Virus record (IMG/VR): IMGVR_UViG_3300044729_003129
Location: 109,761-173,760 of that record
Source of the DNA: a virus
Reading direction: 5' to 3' (one strand)
DNA: 64,000 nucleotides
In this document: piece after piece, positions 38,245 to 47,903 of the stretch
How positions within the stretch are numbered: position 1 is the stretch's first letter
Layout of the letters: every line of letters starts with the position of its first letter
Position numbers and translations under genes: made by a program
The notes under the pieces: generated by a model
Databases searched by the model: none
What the model saw: the letters and a program-made list of their open reading frames with translations, nothing else
Told to the model about the DNA's origin: nothing

Positions 38245-40656
38245 CTATGATCTAATCAACGAACTAAGAGACGAACTGGCAGATGATATAAGTGATGAAA
38301 TTCCACTAGTAGAAGGACCTGAACTTAGAGTGGTCGCCTCAGCGGCAGATGCTTTCGCGTTTGCTGGATTGTTACGTATTGCATCTACGTTGTTTTCCAT
38401 CTCAGACTTTATTTTGTTGACTCTGGCATTATACTCTGCAATTGTTTCTTTTGACCAAAATGGATTTTTCTTAAGCATTTCTTTAGCAGAAAAATTAAAT
38501 TCATTTTTAAGTGCAGTTATGGAGAATCCAGTTTCGCCCATTGCAAAACTTGTAACTGAACTTAATCCAGCTGTAACTCCATCAATTGTATTTGCAATTG
38601 AACCAAGTCCAGCATTTAATGTATTTACTGAAAAACCTGAAGATTTTTTTGTGCCACTTGAAGTGGTTGTCGTAGAGGCAGTGTCTGGATAAACACTTGA
38701 TAATATGCTTGTAGCATCGCCTAGTACACCATATACTGATCCGAGCGTGCCACTAAATTCTCCAATGTCATTACCTGGATCTAATAGGCCTAATGCATTT
38801 CCAGTGGATGCTATACGATCATGATAATTATATGCAAGTTCGTGCACCGCAGTAAGCATTGAAACATATTCCTGTACTCCAACCACATTTCCAGCAGCAT
38901 TCATGGTGTTTATCTTTTCAGAATCTTTGTTTAATGCATCTCTCAAACGAAATTGAAAAAGGTCATAGCGAGCTTTAGCTTCAACTGGTTGCCGTGAAGT
39001 TGCAGGGATAAATCCTACAACTGCTTCAGGCACCTTTGTATTATCGGCCTTTATAAGTGACATATCAAGGTTACAAATATCAACAAGTCCATTTGCAACA
39101 TCTTTTACAAATTGACCGACATCACCAGTCATGCCTGGAAAACTTTCTTGTATCGCAGCAATTTGCTCATTTGCTAATTTGCCTAATGCATCATATGCAC
39201 CACTATTTTCAAGTACCATATTCAATGCAGCCCATGGGTTCTCTTTAACAAACTCAATAAGCGCCATTATCTTTTTCACCATCTCTATCAACTCCATTAT
39301 TGAAGTTAATAGCTTTATAATGCCTAACCCTGGTATATAACTTAAAACAAATGCTGCTATTTTAGCAGCTGCAAATATCATTAAACGTTGAGGTAAACTT
39401 TGCGCGCACTCTGCAAGCGTTTTTATTGTGCCCAAGCCCCTGATATCAGCTTTGTCAAGTATTGTTAATATTCCGGTCTCAACAAATTCTTTTTTCGTCA
39501 TCGCATTTGATGATGACGCATAACTTGAATTACTTAAACTGCTACTACTGCTTATACCGCCTAAAGCTCCTTCATAAATATTTCCATTTCCAGTATCAGA
39601 TGTTGCTTTATTAAATATATCAACTTTTCCTTGATATTCTGCTGCTGCGGCCTCTGCTTCTATATTTGTTAGGTTACGAATCGTATATGTAGTTGTAGCA
39701 CCGCCAACATAATTAAAATCAGTACATTCATATTCAATTGTATAGACTCCTATTTCAATTGGCGCTGAAAGAGGTGCAACTAGTTTTTCTCCAAAATATT
39801 TTACTCTAACTGGTATGTTTATTGGGTTATTTGGATCAGGAGATTCTATTAATTTTGGAATTGTTTCAAATTCTGGTCCTTTAGGCTTTCCATCATACAC
39901 TCGTTCATCTTCTAAAACCACTATTTCAAACGGGAGTGGTAATATAGTTAAATATTTACTGGGGTCTTTTAGCGATTCAACTTGTGATCTATAAGATTGG
40001 CCATACCAAGGTGGTATGTTTGTTGGAACTGGTTTATGATATTCCGTAGTAAACCACCCTTTGCACGTTGGATCGCCTTTTAGTGTAGTAACTATAGTAT
40101 AGTCATAGCGACCTACATTTTTTGGTATACTTGATATGTAAGGTATTCCACTATCATGAGTTACCTGCATATCAACCTGAGAAAATGGTATTTGTATTAA
40201 ATCTAAACCAAAGGCATTTTGATCAAATAGACCATTCGATAAATTAAAAAATCCACTATTAGATCTTATTTTTACAGTACCAGTTCCATTTGTAGTAAAA
40301 TCAACTAGTGTGTTATTTAATGATAATTTAAATTCGCCTAAATCATAAGTAATAAGTCCACCGTCATCCGAAGGGATTAACACTACATCATATAATACAT
40401 TAACTGTAAGTCCAGTAGTATTGTTTATTGTTGCAAATGAAATTTTATCTCCACTTTCAAATCCATGCATAGGGAGAATCACATTATTATTTACTGCATT
40501 AAATACAACCTCTTGTGTTATTTGATATACTCCATTAACAAAAGTTTGTGCATTAAAATCTGTGCCATTATATGTCACAGTGACTCCACCTGGGTTGCTA
40601 CCATTATCATCATCGACGCTAAGGTATAAAAAGCTTAAATCTATTAGTGTTGACAT
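38245..40656 (-). CDS. Hypothetical baseplate-region protein
   Basis: 803 aa: HGFxxGDxIxF module, MBG/YDG-like segment (VYDGKPK..GVYTI..NYVG), then helical part with a long hydrophobic stretch. Confidence 0.6.
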   Translation of the reverse strand: MSTLIDLSFLYLSVDDDNGSNPGGVTVTYNGTDFNAQTFVNGVYQITQEVVFNAVNNNVILPMHGFESGDKISFATINNTTGLTVNVLYDVVLIPSDDGGLITYDLGEFKLSLNNTLVDFTTNGTGTVKIRSNSGFFNLSNGLFDQNAFGLDLIQIPFSQVDMQVTHDSGIPYISSIPKNVGRYDYTIVTTLKGDPTCKGWFTTEYHKPVPTNIPPWYGQSYRSQVESLKDPSKYLTILPLPFEIVVLEDERVYDGKPKGPEFETIPKLIESPDPNNPINIPVRVKYFGEKLVAPLSAPIEIGVYTIEYECTDFNYVGGATTTYTIRNLTNIEAEAAAAEYQGKVDIFNKATSDTGNGNIYEGALGGISSSSSLSNSSYASSSNAMTKKEFVETGILTILDKADIRGLGTIKTLAECAQSLPQRLMIFAAAKIAAFVLSYIPGLGIIKLLTSIMELIEMVKKIMALIEFVKENPWAALNMVLENSGAYDALGKLANEQIAAIQESFPGMTGDVGQFVKDVANGLVDICNLDMSLIKADNTKVPEAVVGFIPATSRQPVEAKARYDLFQFRLRDALNKDSEKINTMNAAGNVVGVQEYVSMLTAVHELAYNYHDRIASTGNALGLLDPGNDIGEFSGTLGSVYGVLGDATSILSSVYPDTASTTTTSSGTKKSSGFSVNTLNAGLGSIANTIDGVTAGLSSVTSFAMGETGFSITALKNEFNFSAKEMLKKNPFWSKETIAEYNARVNKIKSEMENNVDAIRNNPANAKASAAEATTLSSGPSTSGISSLISSASSSLSSLIRS

Positions 40657-40660
40657 ATTA

Positions 40661-41497
40661 TTATCCTATTCCTGGGGCAGTTGGGGCAGGTGCATTGCCA
40701 GTACCATCTCCTAAATGCATGTGAGTAGCTAAACCAGTAATTCCTCCTAAAGCACGAACATCACCAGCAGCAATTAGTGCTCCGCCAAGTACATTTACAA
40801 GTGGTGTTGTCATATTTGTTACAGTTGAATACATCATAGTTGGTCCAAGTGATGTTAGAGTTAACATTGATACACCATCAATTGCTGCAGTCATGCCACC
40901 AATTGTAGCTGCACCAGCTGGAGCGGTCATGCTTGCTCCAAGCAATGCTGTTGTACTACTTGAACCGGTGTATATTCCAGTATATCCTCCAGCTACAGTC
41001 TCTTCAATACTGCCAACTACCATGTTTTTTATACCACCACCTCGTACTGTATTGTTTACTCCGTTGCCAACTATGCTGTCCTTTTTACCAGCAATATTTT
41101 CTGCCTTGTCGCCAAGCACTTCATTTTTGTATGCTCCACCAACCTTTAAACGATACTGACCCTTAACAGTTTGATTCATACTACCATTGACTTCAAGGTT
41201 GTAGTCGCCATTTACAGTTAAGTTTGCAGAACCATTTACTGTGATGTTTGCATTGCCTATAATTGTTATAGAATCTTCGCCACATACAGTTGTATAGCGA
41301 TTTGATACAACAGTTACTGAAAGCGCACCAGTCGCATCAATTGTGCGGCATGTCCCAGACTTATGTTTTTCATGTATACGCTCATTGCCAAGTGTGTCAT
41401 CAACCTCAAAGACATGTCCAGACCGTGTCTGCGTCACGTTGTTATACGGATAGACTGACTGATTTGTAGGAAATGGTTGATTATGTAAACTTGGCAT
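40661..41497 (-). CDS. gp5: gp5 C-terminal part (beta-helix central spike)
   Basis: YPYNNV.QTRSGHVFEVDDT..ERIHEKHKSGT, VxG beta-helix repeats, terminal LATHMH. Confidence 0.85.
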   Translation of the reverse strand: MPSLHNQPFPTNQSVYPYNNVTQTRSGHVFEVDDTLGNERIHEKHKSGTCRTIDATGALSVTVVSNRYTTVCGEDSITIIGNANITVNGSANLTVNGDYNLEVNGSMNQTVKGQYRLKVGGAYKNEVLGDKAENIAGKKDSIVGNGVNNTVRGGGIKNMVVGSIEETVAGGYTGIYTGSSSTTALLGASMTAPAGAATIGGMTAAIDGVSMLTLTSLGPTMMYSTVTNMTTPLVNVLGGALIAAGDVRALGGITGLATHMHLGDGTGNAPAPTAPGIG

Positions 41498-41571
41498 AAC
41501 TTATATATTAAAAAAATGATGAAGCATACTGCATTTGAATATTTATGAATTATAATATAATGAAATATAAA

Positions 41572-42384
41572 TTATCCCCAGTTTGTGTTATAGCTTCGGG
41601 TGTCTATATGTGTAAAGCCTGGATAACTGCCAAGGCCGCCAGTCCACTTACCATTATCTCGCCATTGTTTTAATCGTGCGTACACAGTGCTTGCGCTAAC
41701 CCCAGGAAACGAAATATCTAAAGCTTTAAACTCCAAATGCAAACTATATTTTGCAGCGCCTGGAGTACTTGCATTATATGCTGGCGAACGATAAGAGCTG
41801 GTAATAGTGCAAGTTGTGCCAAACGAATCACAAAGATCTTCGACAATTCGCAGTGTCGGCACAATATTATTCCATTTTTCTTTAGGCGGTTCAGAATTAC
41901 GGACGCCTCCTTGACTAATCTTATTAAAGTAACTAGTAAAATTTTGCGCAGTAAAACGACGAAAACCTTGTTTGGCAAACCAATCGGCAAATGATCCTTC
42001 TGGAGCTGTTGTTGGCGTAACATTGTCACTTTTTGCTCCACGCGCTCGCAATACATATGTCACTGGTCCAGACGTCTCTTTTTTAACAAATTTCTTTAGC
42101 GATGAGTTGCCTTCAGCAATTTTGTATTTTCCTGATACTGCTCCTCCTTCATACACTACCGCAATATAGTCTTGAGCAGTGTCTCTAATTATTATATCAC
42201 CTTTATATAGAAGCTTAGGGTTTAAGACTCTGTCAAAATATTTTCCGCCCCTTCCACTTGGCCAATTTGACCAACTATATAAACTGCTGGTGTCGGCTGG
42301 AAAATCTTCACTTTCAATTTTAAAACTAGATTTCAAAAACTCATTTAGTTTTTGTGCACACCACTGATTTGAAACATTTGCCAT
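41572..42384 (-). CDS. Peptidoglycan hydrolase: CHAP-like remnant plus peptidase M15A
   Basis: ITSSYRSP.YN, SLHLEFKALD, GLGSY..FTHIDTR (M15 zinc ligands); N-terminal WCA..KGD..EGN. Confidence 0.8.
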   Translation of the reverse strand: MANVSNQWCAQKLNEFLKSSFKIESEDFPADTSSLYSWSNWPSGRGGKYFDRVLNPKLLYKGDIIIRDTAQDYIAVVYEGGAVSGKYKIAEGNSSLKKFVKKETSGPVTYVLRARGAKSDNVTPTTAPEGSFADWFAKQGFRRFTAQNFTSYFNKISQGGVRNSEPPKEKWNNIVPTLRIVEDLCDSFGTTCTITSSYRSPAYNASTPGAAKYSLHLEFKALDISFPGVSASTVYARLKQWRDNGKWTGGLGSYPGFTHIDTRSYNTNWG

Positions 42385-42422
42385 AGTTTATTATTTAATT
42401 TTCATTTAAACTATTTATTAGT

Positions 42423-43058
42423 TTATTCTGGCAAATCTGGTAATAGCTCACCAGTGTTATTATCAACTTGTTCAGAGTCATCGAGGCCCGGTATGGGATC
42501 GTTGGTTCCGGAGACGCCGCTGCTTCGAGTCGAAGATGTATTTTCGTCTGTTGATTCTGAAAGAACTTTATTTACAAAATTATTTACCTCTGCTGAAGAA
42601 TTTGTACTACTCTGTGCTTGTGGCGAACTCTCTCCATCAAGTGCAGATGTATTTGCTTGATTTGCTACCGGAGAATTTTCAACAAGTTGTGAAGTGTTTG
42701 TTGCCCCAGAATAGGCAATGCCGACAGAAGAACTGCTTGCATCTCGTGGTATATCGGCACCATTTACCGAAGCGACTCCTGGTATACTTGCAAGTATTAC
42801 TGGATCTTGTTGATCTGCATCTCTAAAAAAACCAAAAACCCAACTACCAACCATAAGTCCAGTTGCTCCGGTACCAATTGAGGTATTTGACGCGCTCGTA
42901 ATTGGTAGTAGCGGAGTAGCCCATGGCAAGTTTTCACTTGGTATACTATTGACATCATCAAGTTCATGATATTCATAGATACGTACCTGTACTCGACCTG
43001 CATTTAGCGGGTCTGCAATATTTTCTACAATTCCTGTAAACCAATGTTCAATTTTCAT
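42423..43058 (-). CDS. gp5: gp5 N-terminal OB-fold part
   Basis: WFTGIVENIADPL.AGRVQVRI..H, LPWA, GSWVFGFFRD...QDPVILASIPG; start moved to 43058. Confidence 0.88.
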   Translation of the reverse strand: MKIEHWFTGIVENIADPLNAGRVQVRIYEYHELDDVNSIPSENLPWATPLLPITSASNTSIGTGATGLMVGSWVFGFFRDADQQDPVILASIPGVASVNGADIPRDASSSSVGIAYSGATNTSQLVENSPVANQANTSALDGESSPQAQSSTNSSAEVNNFVNKVLSESTDENTSSTRSSGVSGTNDPIPGLDDSEQVDNNTGELLPDLPE

Positions 43059-43062
43059 TTTA

Positions 43063-44553
43063 TTATGGTAATATATTTCCTGTTTGACCCGGCAATGGGA
43101 CAGTATTATTTGGATTTGGATTAATATTTGGTGTAACTGCAACTTCAGATGTAGATGTATTTGAAGGTATGTATATGCCATCGGCGCCACTTAAAGCCTC
43201 AACTCCTCCAAGACGAACTAATTTTAATTTATTTGTATAGATACCATTTGAAAAAACATGAGCGACAACAGTAATCATAAATGTGCCTGACACCACAGGA
43301 TCTTCTACATATTCAGTTCTATCTCGTAAAGCCTTTGGTACTTCCAAATCTATTTTTACACCTGGGTTTAGTGCGCTGTCCCCATACACTACAATTTCAT
43401 GATTAATTTCGTTTAATCGCGCAATAAATGCATTTGCTATTGATATGTTAGGATATAGCGCATTAGTAACTGAATTACCTTTGCCATCTGGATTTATTGC
43501 AGTATTAATATGAACACTTGCAGTATTTGCAGAAGGAATATTATGCATCGTTGCATCTTCGACAATGGCGCCTTCTCTATTTTTTATTTTATATTTTTGA
43601 GGTGTCCAATCTTTAGTTGCTTTACTTTTAAAATCTAAAGTGTAGTATGACTTTGCAGTGTAGTCAGTTACGTTTAATCGACTAGCGTATGCTCCAGCAT
43701 TGGCAGAAGCAAGTCTATCAAATTTTATATTTGATGACATACTAAGTATGCGAGACCGTTCTTCCTTTGTGTGTTCTGCAGTACCTGGTGTTTTTTCTGA
43801 TTGTTGACGATATCTAAATGAATTTTTAGGTTTTTTATACAAAACTGGTGCATTATTTAAACTTTTCCAAGAAGACAGGTATACTTTGCCTTGCTGCGTT
43901 ACGTCACTATAAAGAAAAAATGGAGAGCCGTCTTCTTCAAAACAGCGTGAACGTAACCATTCTGCTGCTTTTAATGGTCGTTGAATGTTTATAATACCTT
44001 CAAATTTGGTTGAGACGTCTCCGTCAACTGCAAACTCCTTTAGACTCAAATCATCTATAAAAATAGTTTCAATATTTTGAGCAACTGTTTTTTCCTTATC
44101 AACTGGTCGGCAAATATTCATTAGACTACTACGATACGCAAATTCTGAAATTGCGACGAGTGAGTATATTTGAGTATTTGGAAAATCAAGGGTTTTTGTA
44201 TAATTTACATACTCTTTTACATAAAATGTTTGTTTTATTGCCTTTCCAATATTTACAGGATCTATTTCAACTTCAATAATTTCTTGACCACATATATCAA
44301 ATGTATCAATGAAATTTTCATTATCTCGTATAGTTGCTGTAAATGTAACTACCGGTGAAAATAATTCAGTCGTTATAGTAAATGAATCAACTAGGTTAAG
44401 GGCTTTTAAATCTTTAGTTATGCCCTTTGAATTTATCATGTCCATTTTGACAACTTTAAAGGCGCCAGGTGTCTTTACGCCAGAATTATCTCCAGCATAG
44501 CCAGTCTTTGGTGTATTGATCGCCGGATTGTTTGCATTAGACGTAGTTGCCAT
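43063..44553 (-). CDS. Baseplate hub protein (gp27-like)
   Basis: Lies between gp53 and gp5N; ELFSP..F.ATIRD, GQEIIEV, VYGDSALNPG, SGTFMITVVAHVF. Confidence 0.65.
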   Translation of the reverse strand: MATTSNANNPAINTPKTGYAGDNSGVKTPGAFKVVKMDMINSKGITKDLKALNLVDSFTITTELFSPVVTFTATIRDNENFIDTFDICGQEIIEVEIDPVNIGKAIKQTFYVKEYVNYTKTLDFPNTQIYSLVAISEFAYRSSLMNICRPVDKEKTVAQNIETIFIDDLSLKEFAVDGDVSTKFEGIINIQRPLKAAEWLRSRCFEEDGSPFFLYSDVTQQGKVYLSSWKSLNNAPVLYKKPKNSFRYRQQSEKTPGTAEHTKEERSRILSMSSNIKFDRLASANAGAYASRLNVTDYTAKSYYTLDFKSKATKDWTPQKYKIKNREGAIVEDATMHNIPSANTASVHINTAINPDGKGNSVTNALYPNISIANAFIARLNEINHEIVVYGDSALNPGVKIDLEVPKALRDRTEYVEDPVVSGTFMITVVAHVFSNGIYTNKLKLVRLGGVEALSGADGIYIPSNTSTSEVAVTPNINPNPNNTVPLPGQTGNILP

Positions 44554-44555
44554 AA

Positions 44556-45545
44556 TCAAAGAGTATCATTTAAAACATTAAAATATTCGTCTGCAAAATC
44601 AGAGATAAAATCTGGGCGTATGACTTGTATAACTCGTTTACTTTCGTTTATTTCATTTTCATACTCATAAAATGATTTGTATTTTGGAATAACTACATTC
44701 TCGTCAGTTAAAATATCATATGCAGAACGTATGACGCCAATTGGATCAACATATTCATATGCAGCATTGACATAGTTGCTCCATCGGTATTCTATTGATG
44801 CAACTTTTAATGTTTTATTAGAAACATATTGTTCTGGGGGTGTATTTGCTTCAATATGTTCGGCATATCCAACTGGATCATATTTTAAAATTTGTGTATA
44901 AACTAAATTTATCCATTCTGTCTTTAATTCAGCTGGCATTGTGTCATCACACGCAATTGTATAACTAAGATTGCTATTTTCTATAAATGCTTCTCTAGAT
45001 ATTTCTATTCTTGTGCCAGTGATATTAACTTTATGACAATCATATACGACTAATTGTTGGCGACCGCTGTCATACTGCGCTATGCTTGAACGATACTCAC
45101 GATCTTGAGAAACAAATTTTAAGTATGGCAAATATTTTTCATCAAGCGGTATGCATGACATGTCTAGTTTACCTCGGCCATTTAGATCAACTGCTGGATC
45201 AACAACAGGGACAATTGATAGTGCAGAATATTTACCATATTCACTCTCAATCATCTTTGTAAAATTTCTATAAGATAGCGGCCAAGATGACGCGTAACCG
45301 TCACGTAAAAAATTATTTATTATAAAAAATGTCCAATAATATTGTACATCATCATATAATTTATGTGATACTATATCGGGTCTTTCTCCGTCTTCTATTT
45401 CATAGTATGTGTAGAGCGCATTATCGTCCTGTATCTTATTTGTGTTTAATACTACAGAACGAGAGATATCAGTTAATTCAAATATAGACCCATCAGAAAC
45501 CAGGTCATAATTTACTTTTGGATATTTTGCAAAAAAGTTTGGCAT
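44556..45545 (-). CDS. gp53: Baseplate wedge subunit (gp53)
   Basis: FFAKYPKVNYD, YEIEDGERPDIVSHKLY..YYW, WPLS, YEYENEINESKR.I.VIRP. Confidence 0.9.
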   Translation of the reverse strand: MPNFFAKYPKVNYDLVSDGSIFELTDISRSVVLNTNKIQDDNALYTYYEIEDGERPDIVSHKLYDDVQYYWTFFIINNFLRDGYASSWPLSYRNFTKMIESEYGKYSALSIVPVVDPAVDLNGRGKLDMSCIPLDEKYLPYLKFVSQDREYRSSIAQYDSGRQQLVVYDCHKVNITGTRIEISREAFIENSNLSYTIACDDTMPAELKTEWINLVYTQILKYDPVGYAEHIEANTPPEQYVSNKTLKVASIEYRWSNYVNAAYEYVDPIGVIRSAYDILTDENVVIPKYKSFYEYENEINESKRVIQVIRPDFISDFADEYFNVLNDTL

Positions 45546-45548
45546 ATA

Positions 45549-46274
45549 TTATTTAGGTATTGTGTCGTATGTATACGCCTTTGTTTCCATAAAGGACACT
45601 TGTATAGTTGTTTCAAGTGGCGAACCGTCATCTCTCCACATATTTGTAGATCCATTGTATGTAGTATTTACTTCAGTTAAATATGTCTCTCCAATCTTTG
45701 GTAAATGGCTGTTTTGTGGAAATCTTATTTTCCATTTTGGGGGATATTTTAATTGAAAACCAATTGATTCTGGATATAATCCTTCTCTAAAGGTCTTTAC
45801 TATATTTTTTATTTTAGTACTTTCACTAGATGTTCGTGGTATGAGTTGAAACTGAAATGAAAATACGCGTGTATTTGTAGATGTAAATTCAGTTGTTATA
45901 TTTTTATTTACCGTTGTTCCAGTGCCTATACTTATTGCGCTTTGAAGACCTTCATTTGCTCCAGTCATTGTAGTTATCCCTTGTACTAAAGTACCTATCG
46001 ATGCTCCACTATATTCAGATTTTTTATTTAAAAATTCATTAGCCAGTGCAGTTTTTACTGATTCACCACTAAGGCCCTGAGTAGATACTGTTGATGCAAT
46101 ATTAGCTAAACTACCCCCTAAAAATCCGAGCTCAGTATTGTTGTATGTAGCACCATCACTAAACTGTAGCGATCCTGGAATCGGCAGTGCTATAACTTGG
46201 CTGTTTCGTGCGGTGCACTGAAAAAACACGTATGGACGACTTGTGTTTGCGTCTTCTGGAAAATTAAGTGCCAT
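45549..46274 (-). CDS. gp48: Baseplate tail-tube cap (gp48-like)
   Basis: IALPIP, RVFSFQFQLIPR..ES..I..IVKTFR, YPPKW.I, LTEVNTTY, VSFMET; start moved to 46274. Confidence 0.75.
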   Translation of the reverse strand: MALNFPEDANTSRPYVFFQCTARNSQVIALPIPGSLQFSDGATYNNTELGFLGGSLANIASTVSTQGLSGESVKTALANEFLNKKSEYSGASIGTLVQGITTMTGANEGLQSAISIGTGTTVNKNITTEFTSTNTRVFSFQFQLIPRTSSESTKIKNIVKTFREGLYPESIGFQLKYPPKWKIRFPQNSHLPKIGETYLTEVNTTYNGSTNMWRDDGSPLETTIQVSFMETKAYTYDTIPK

Positions 46275-46289
46275 ATAAGTATTTATATG
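46272..46289. promoter_or_regulatory. Overlapping divergent late promoters
   Basis: CATATAAGTATTTATATG: TATAAATA on minus and TATAAGTA on plus, each 5 nt before an ATG. Confidence 0.6.
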
Positions 46290-46742
46290 AAACGTGGGCA
46301 GTATTATAGTGGTAAGTATCGGCCAATACATCCAGGAAAATATGACGGTGACTATACTGCAATATGTTACCGATCACTTTGGGAACGTCAAGTATTTAAA
46401 TGGTGTGATGAGAATGCTAACGTTGTGAAATGGAGCAGTGAAGAAACAATTGTGCCCTATCGATGTAAAACTGATAATAAATTACACCGGTATTTTGTAG
46501 ACTTAAAAATACAATTTAAGTCTGGTCAAACATATCTCATTGAGATAAAGCCAAAGAAACAAACTCAAGAACCAAAGGTGCGTACCCGAAAAACGAAAGC
46601 ATATATTACTGAAGTGCTTACATATGTAAAAAATCAATCCAAATGGTCAGCTGCAAACGAGTATTGTGCAGATCGTGGTTGGATTTTTGCCATCTGGACA
46701 GAAGATACCATAAAGGGACTTGGTATAAAATTATTGACATAA
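46287..46742 (+). CDS. gp4: Head completion protein (gp4)
   Basis: YSGKYRP..P.KY.GD, YRSLWER, WSSEE..VPY, HRYFVD, LIEIKPKKQT, NQSKW.AA; start moved to 46287. Confidence 0.9.
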   Translation: MKRGQYYSGKYRPIHPGKYDGDYTAICYRSLWERQVFKWCDENANVVKWSSEETIVPYRCKTDNKLHRYFVDLKIQFKSGQTYLIEIKPKKQTQEPKVRTRKTKAYITEVLTYVKNQSKWSAANEYCADRGWIFAIWTEDTIKGLGIKLLT

Positions 46743-46750
46743 ATCTACAT

Positions 46751-46758
46751 TATAAATA
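46751..46758 (+). promoter_or_regulatory. T4-type late promoter TATAAATA
   Basis: Exact consensus, 5 nt before the gp2 ATG. Confidence 0.7.
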
Positions 46759-46763
46759 GATAT

Positions 46764-47348
46764 ATGCCGTCTCTTTTTTCTAAAATTCAGTCTGATGCAG
46801 AAAAAACTGGATTCTTGCCTCGTACAAAAGAATCCAGAGAATGGTTTTATCGTAAAATACGTACACTTACAAATGTATCTCCATCGAAAGTATTAAACGA
46901 CGACTCATTGACAGTAAGAAATAAACCTCTTATTGGTCGTATGTTTATGTTTTTATATGATCCAAAATACAAAGAGACGCTGCCGTATTATGATAGATTT
47001 CCACTTATACTCATGGTAGGCCCAGCAAAAAAAGGATTCTATGGATTGAATCTACACTATCTTCCACCTCGTCAACGCGCAATATTTTTTGATCGCTTGA
47101 TGGATTATATGAACAACAATAAATTAGATGAAACTACACGGTTTAAACTATCATATGATTTACTAAATGGCACATCAAAATTGCGTGCATACGCTCCATG
47201 TTTTAAACACTATTTGTATGCACACATCACTTCTAAAACTGTTGAGGTGCTTCCAAAGGAATGGGAAACTGCACTTTTTCTACCAACTGATTCTTTCGTT
47301 GGTCAAAAGAATGCCTCAATCTGGCAAAAAACACGCACACTAATCTAA
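46764..47348 (+). CDS. gp2: DNA end protector protein (gp2)
   Basis: GRMFMFLYDPKYKETLPYYDRFPL, GLNLHYL, CFKHYL. Confidence 0.93.
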   Translation: MPSLFSKIQSDAEKTGFLPRTKESREWFYRKIRTLTNVSPSKVLNDDSLTVRNKPLIGRMFMFLYDPKYKETLPYYDRFPLILMVGPAKKGFYGLNLHYLPPRQRAIFFDRLMDYMNNNKLDETTRFKLSYDLLNGTSKLRAYAPCFKHYLYAHITSKTVEVLPKEWETALFLPTDSFVGQKNASIWQKTRTLI

Positions 47349-47351
47349 ACT

Positions 47352-47879
47352 ATGTCATCTTCAATAAATGATTTTAAATCCGCAATAATGCGAAATGGGG
47401 GCTTAGCGCGTCCAAATAGATTTTCAGTAACATTTGCTAGTTTACCGGGTTCATCATCTGTATCAAGGGATATTTCATTTTTATGTGAGTCTGTTAATAT
47501 ACCTGGAAAACAAATTACAACATTAGACTATGATATAGGCACTCGTCGTCCATTAAAAATACCAACTGGTTATATTGAAGATGATGTAACAATGACATTT
47601 ATTTCAACTAATAATAACGCCATTAAAAAGGCGATAGATGAATGGATGAAAAAAATAATAAACATTGATTCCTATCTACTCGCTAAAGATCACCAAACTT
47701 ACAAGACTGATATTACTATTACGCAGCTAAACGAAAATGACAAAGAAATTCAAAATGTTAAATTGCAAAACGCATATCCAATAACTTTGAATTCTATTGA
47801 ACTAGATAATAATGCTGAATCAACAATACAAAAAATATCTGTAGTATTTACGTATGATAAATTAGATATTAAGAAATAA
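47352..47879 (+). CDS. gp54: Tail tube initiator / tube-like protein (gp54-like)
   Basis: GGLARPNRFSV, FLCESVNIPG, LQNAYPI, VVFTY. Confidence 0.75.
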   Translation: MSSSINDFKSAIMRNGGLARPNRFSVTFASLPGSSSVSRDISFLCESVNIPGKQITTLDYDIGTRRPLKIPTGYIEDDVTMTFISTNNNAIKKAIDEWMKKIINIDSYLLAKDHQTYKTDITITQLNENDKEIQNVKLQNAYPITLNSIELDNNAESTIQKISVVFTYDKLDIKK

Positions 47880-47903
47880 TTAAACAATAAATAACATTAT
47901 ATT

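Noticed and set aside
41498-42422. Introns, stop read-through or alternative genetic code joining the gp5 parts
   Set aside because: Gaps are short and AT-rich without intron-like structure, frames differ, and other core genes are intact in the standard code.
4232-45756. Many plus-strand ORFs in the track (e.g. 4673-5719, 12792-13430, 30581-31003)
   Set aside because: They are antisense shadows of Thr/Ser/Gly-rich or repetitive minus-strand genes, with no recognisable motifs.
46287-46742. TnsA-like transposase or homing endonuclease
   Set aside because: Motifs and position beside gp2 match T4 head-completion gp4; no mobile-element ends are seen.
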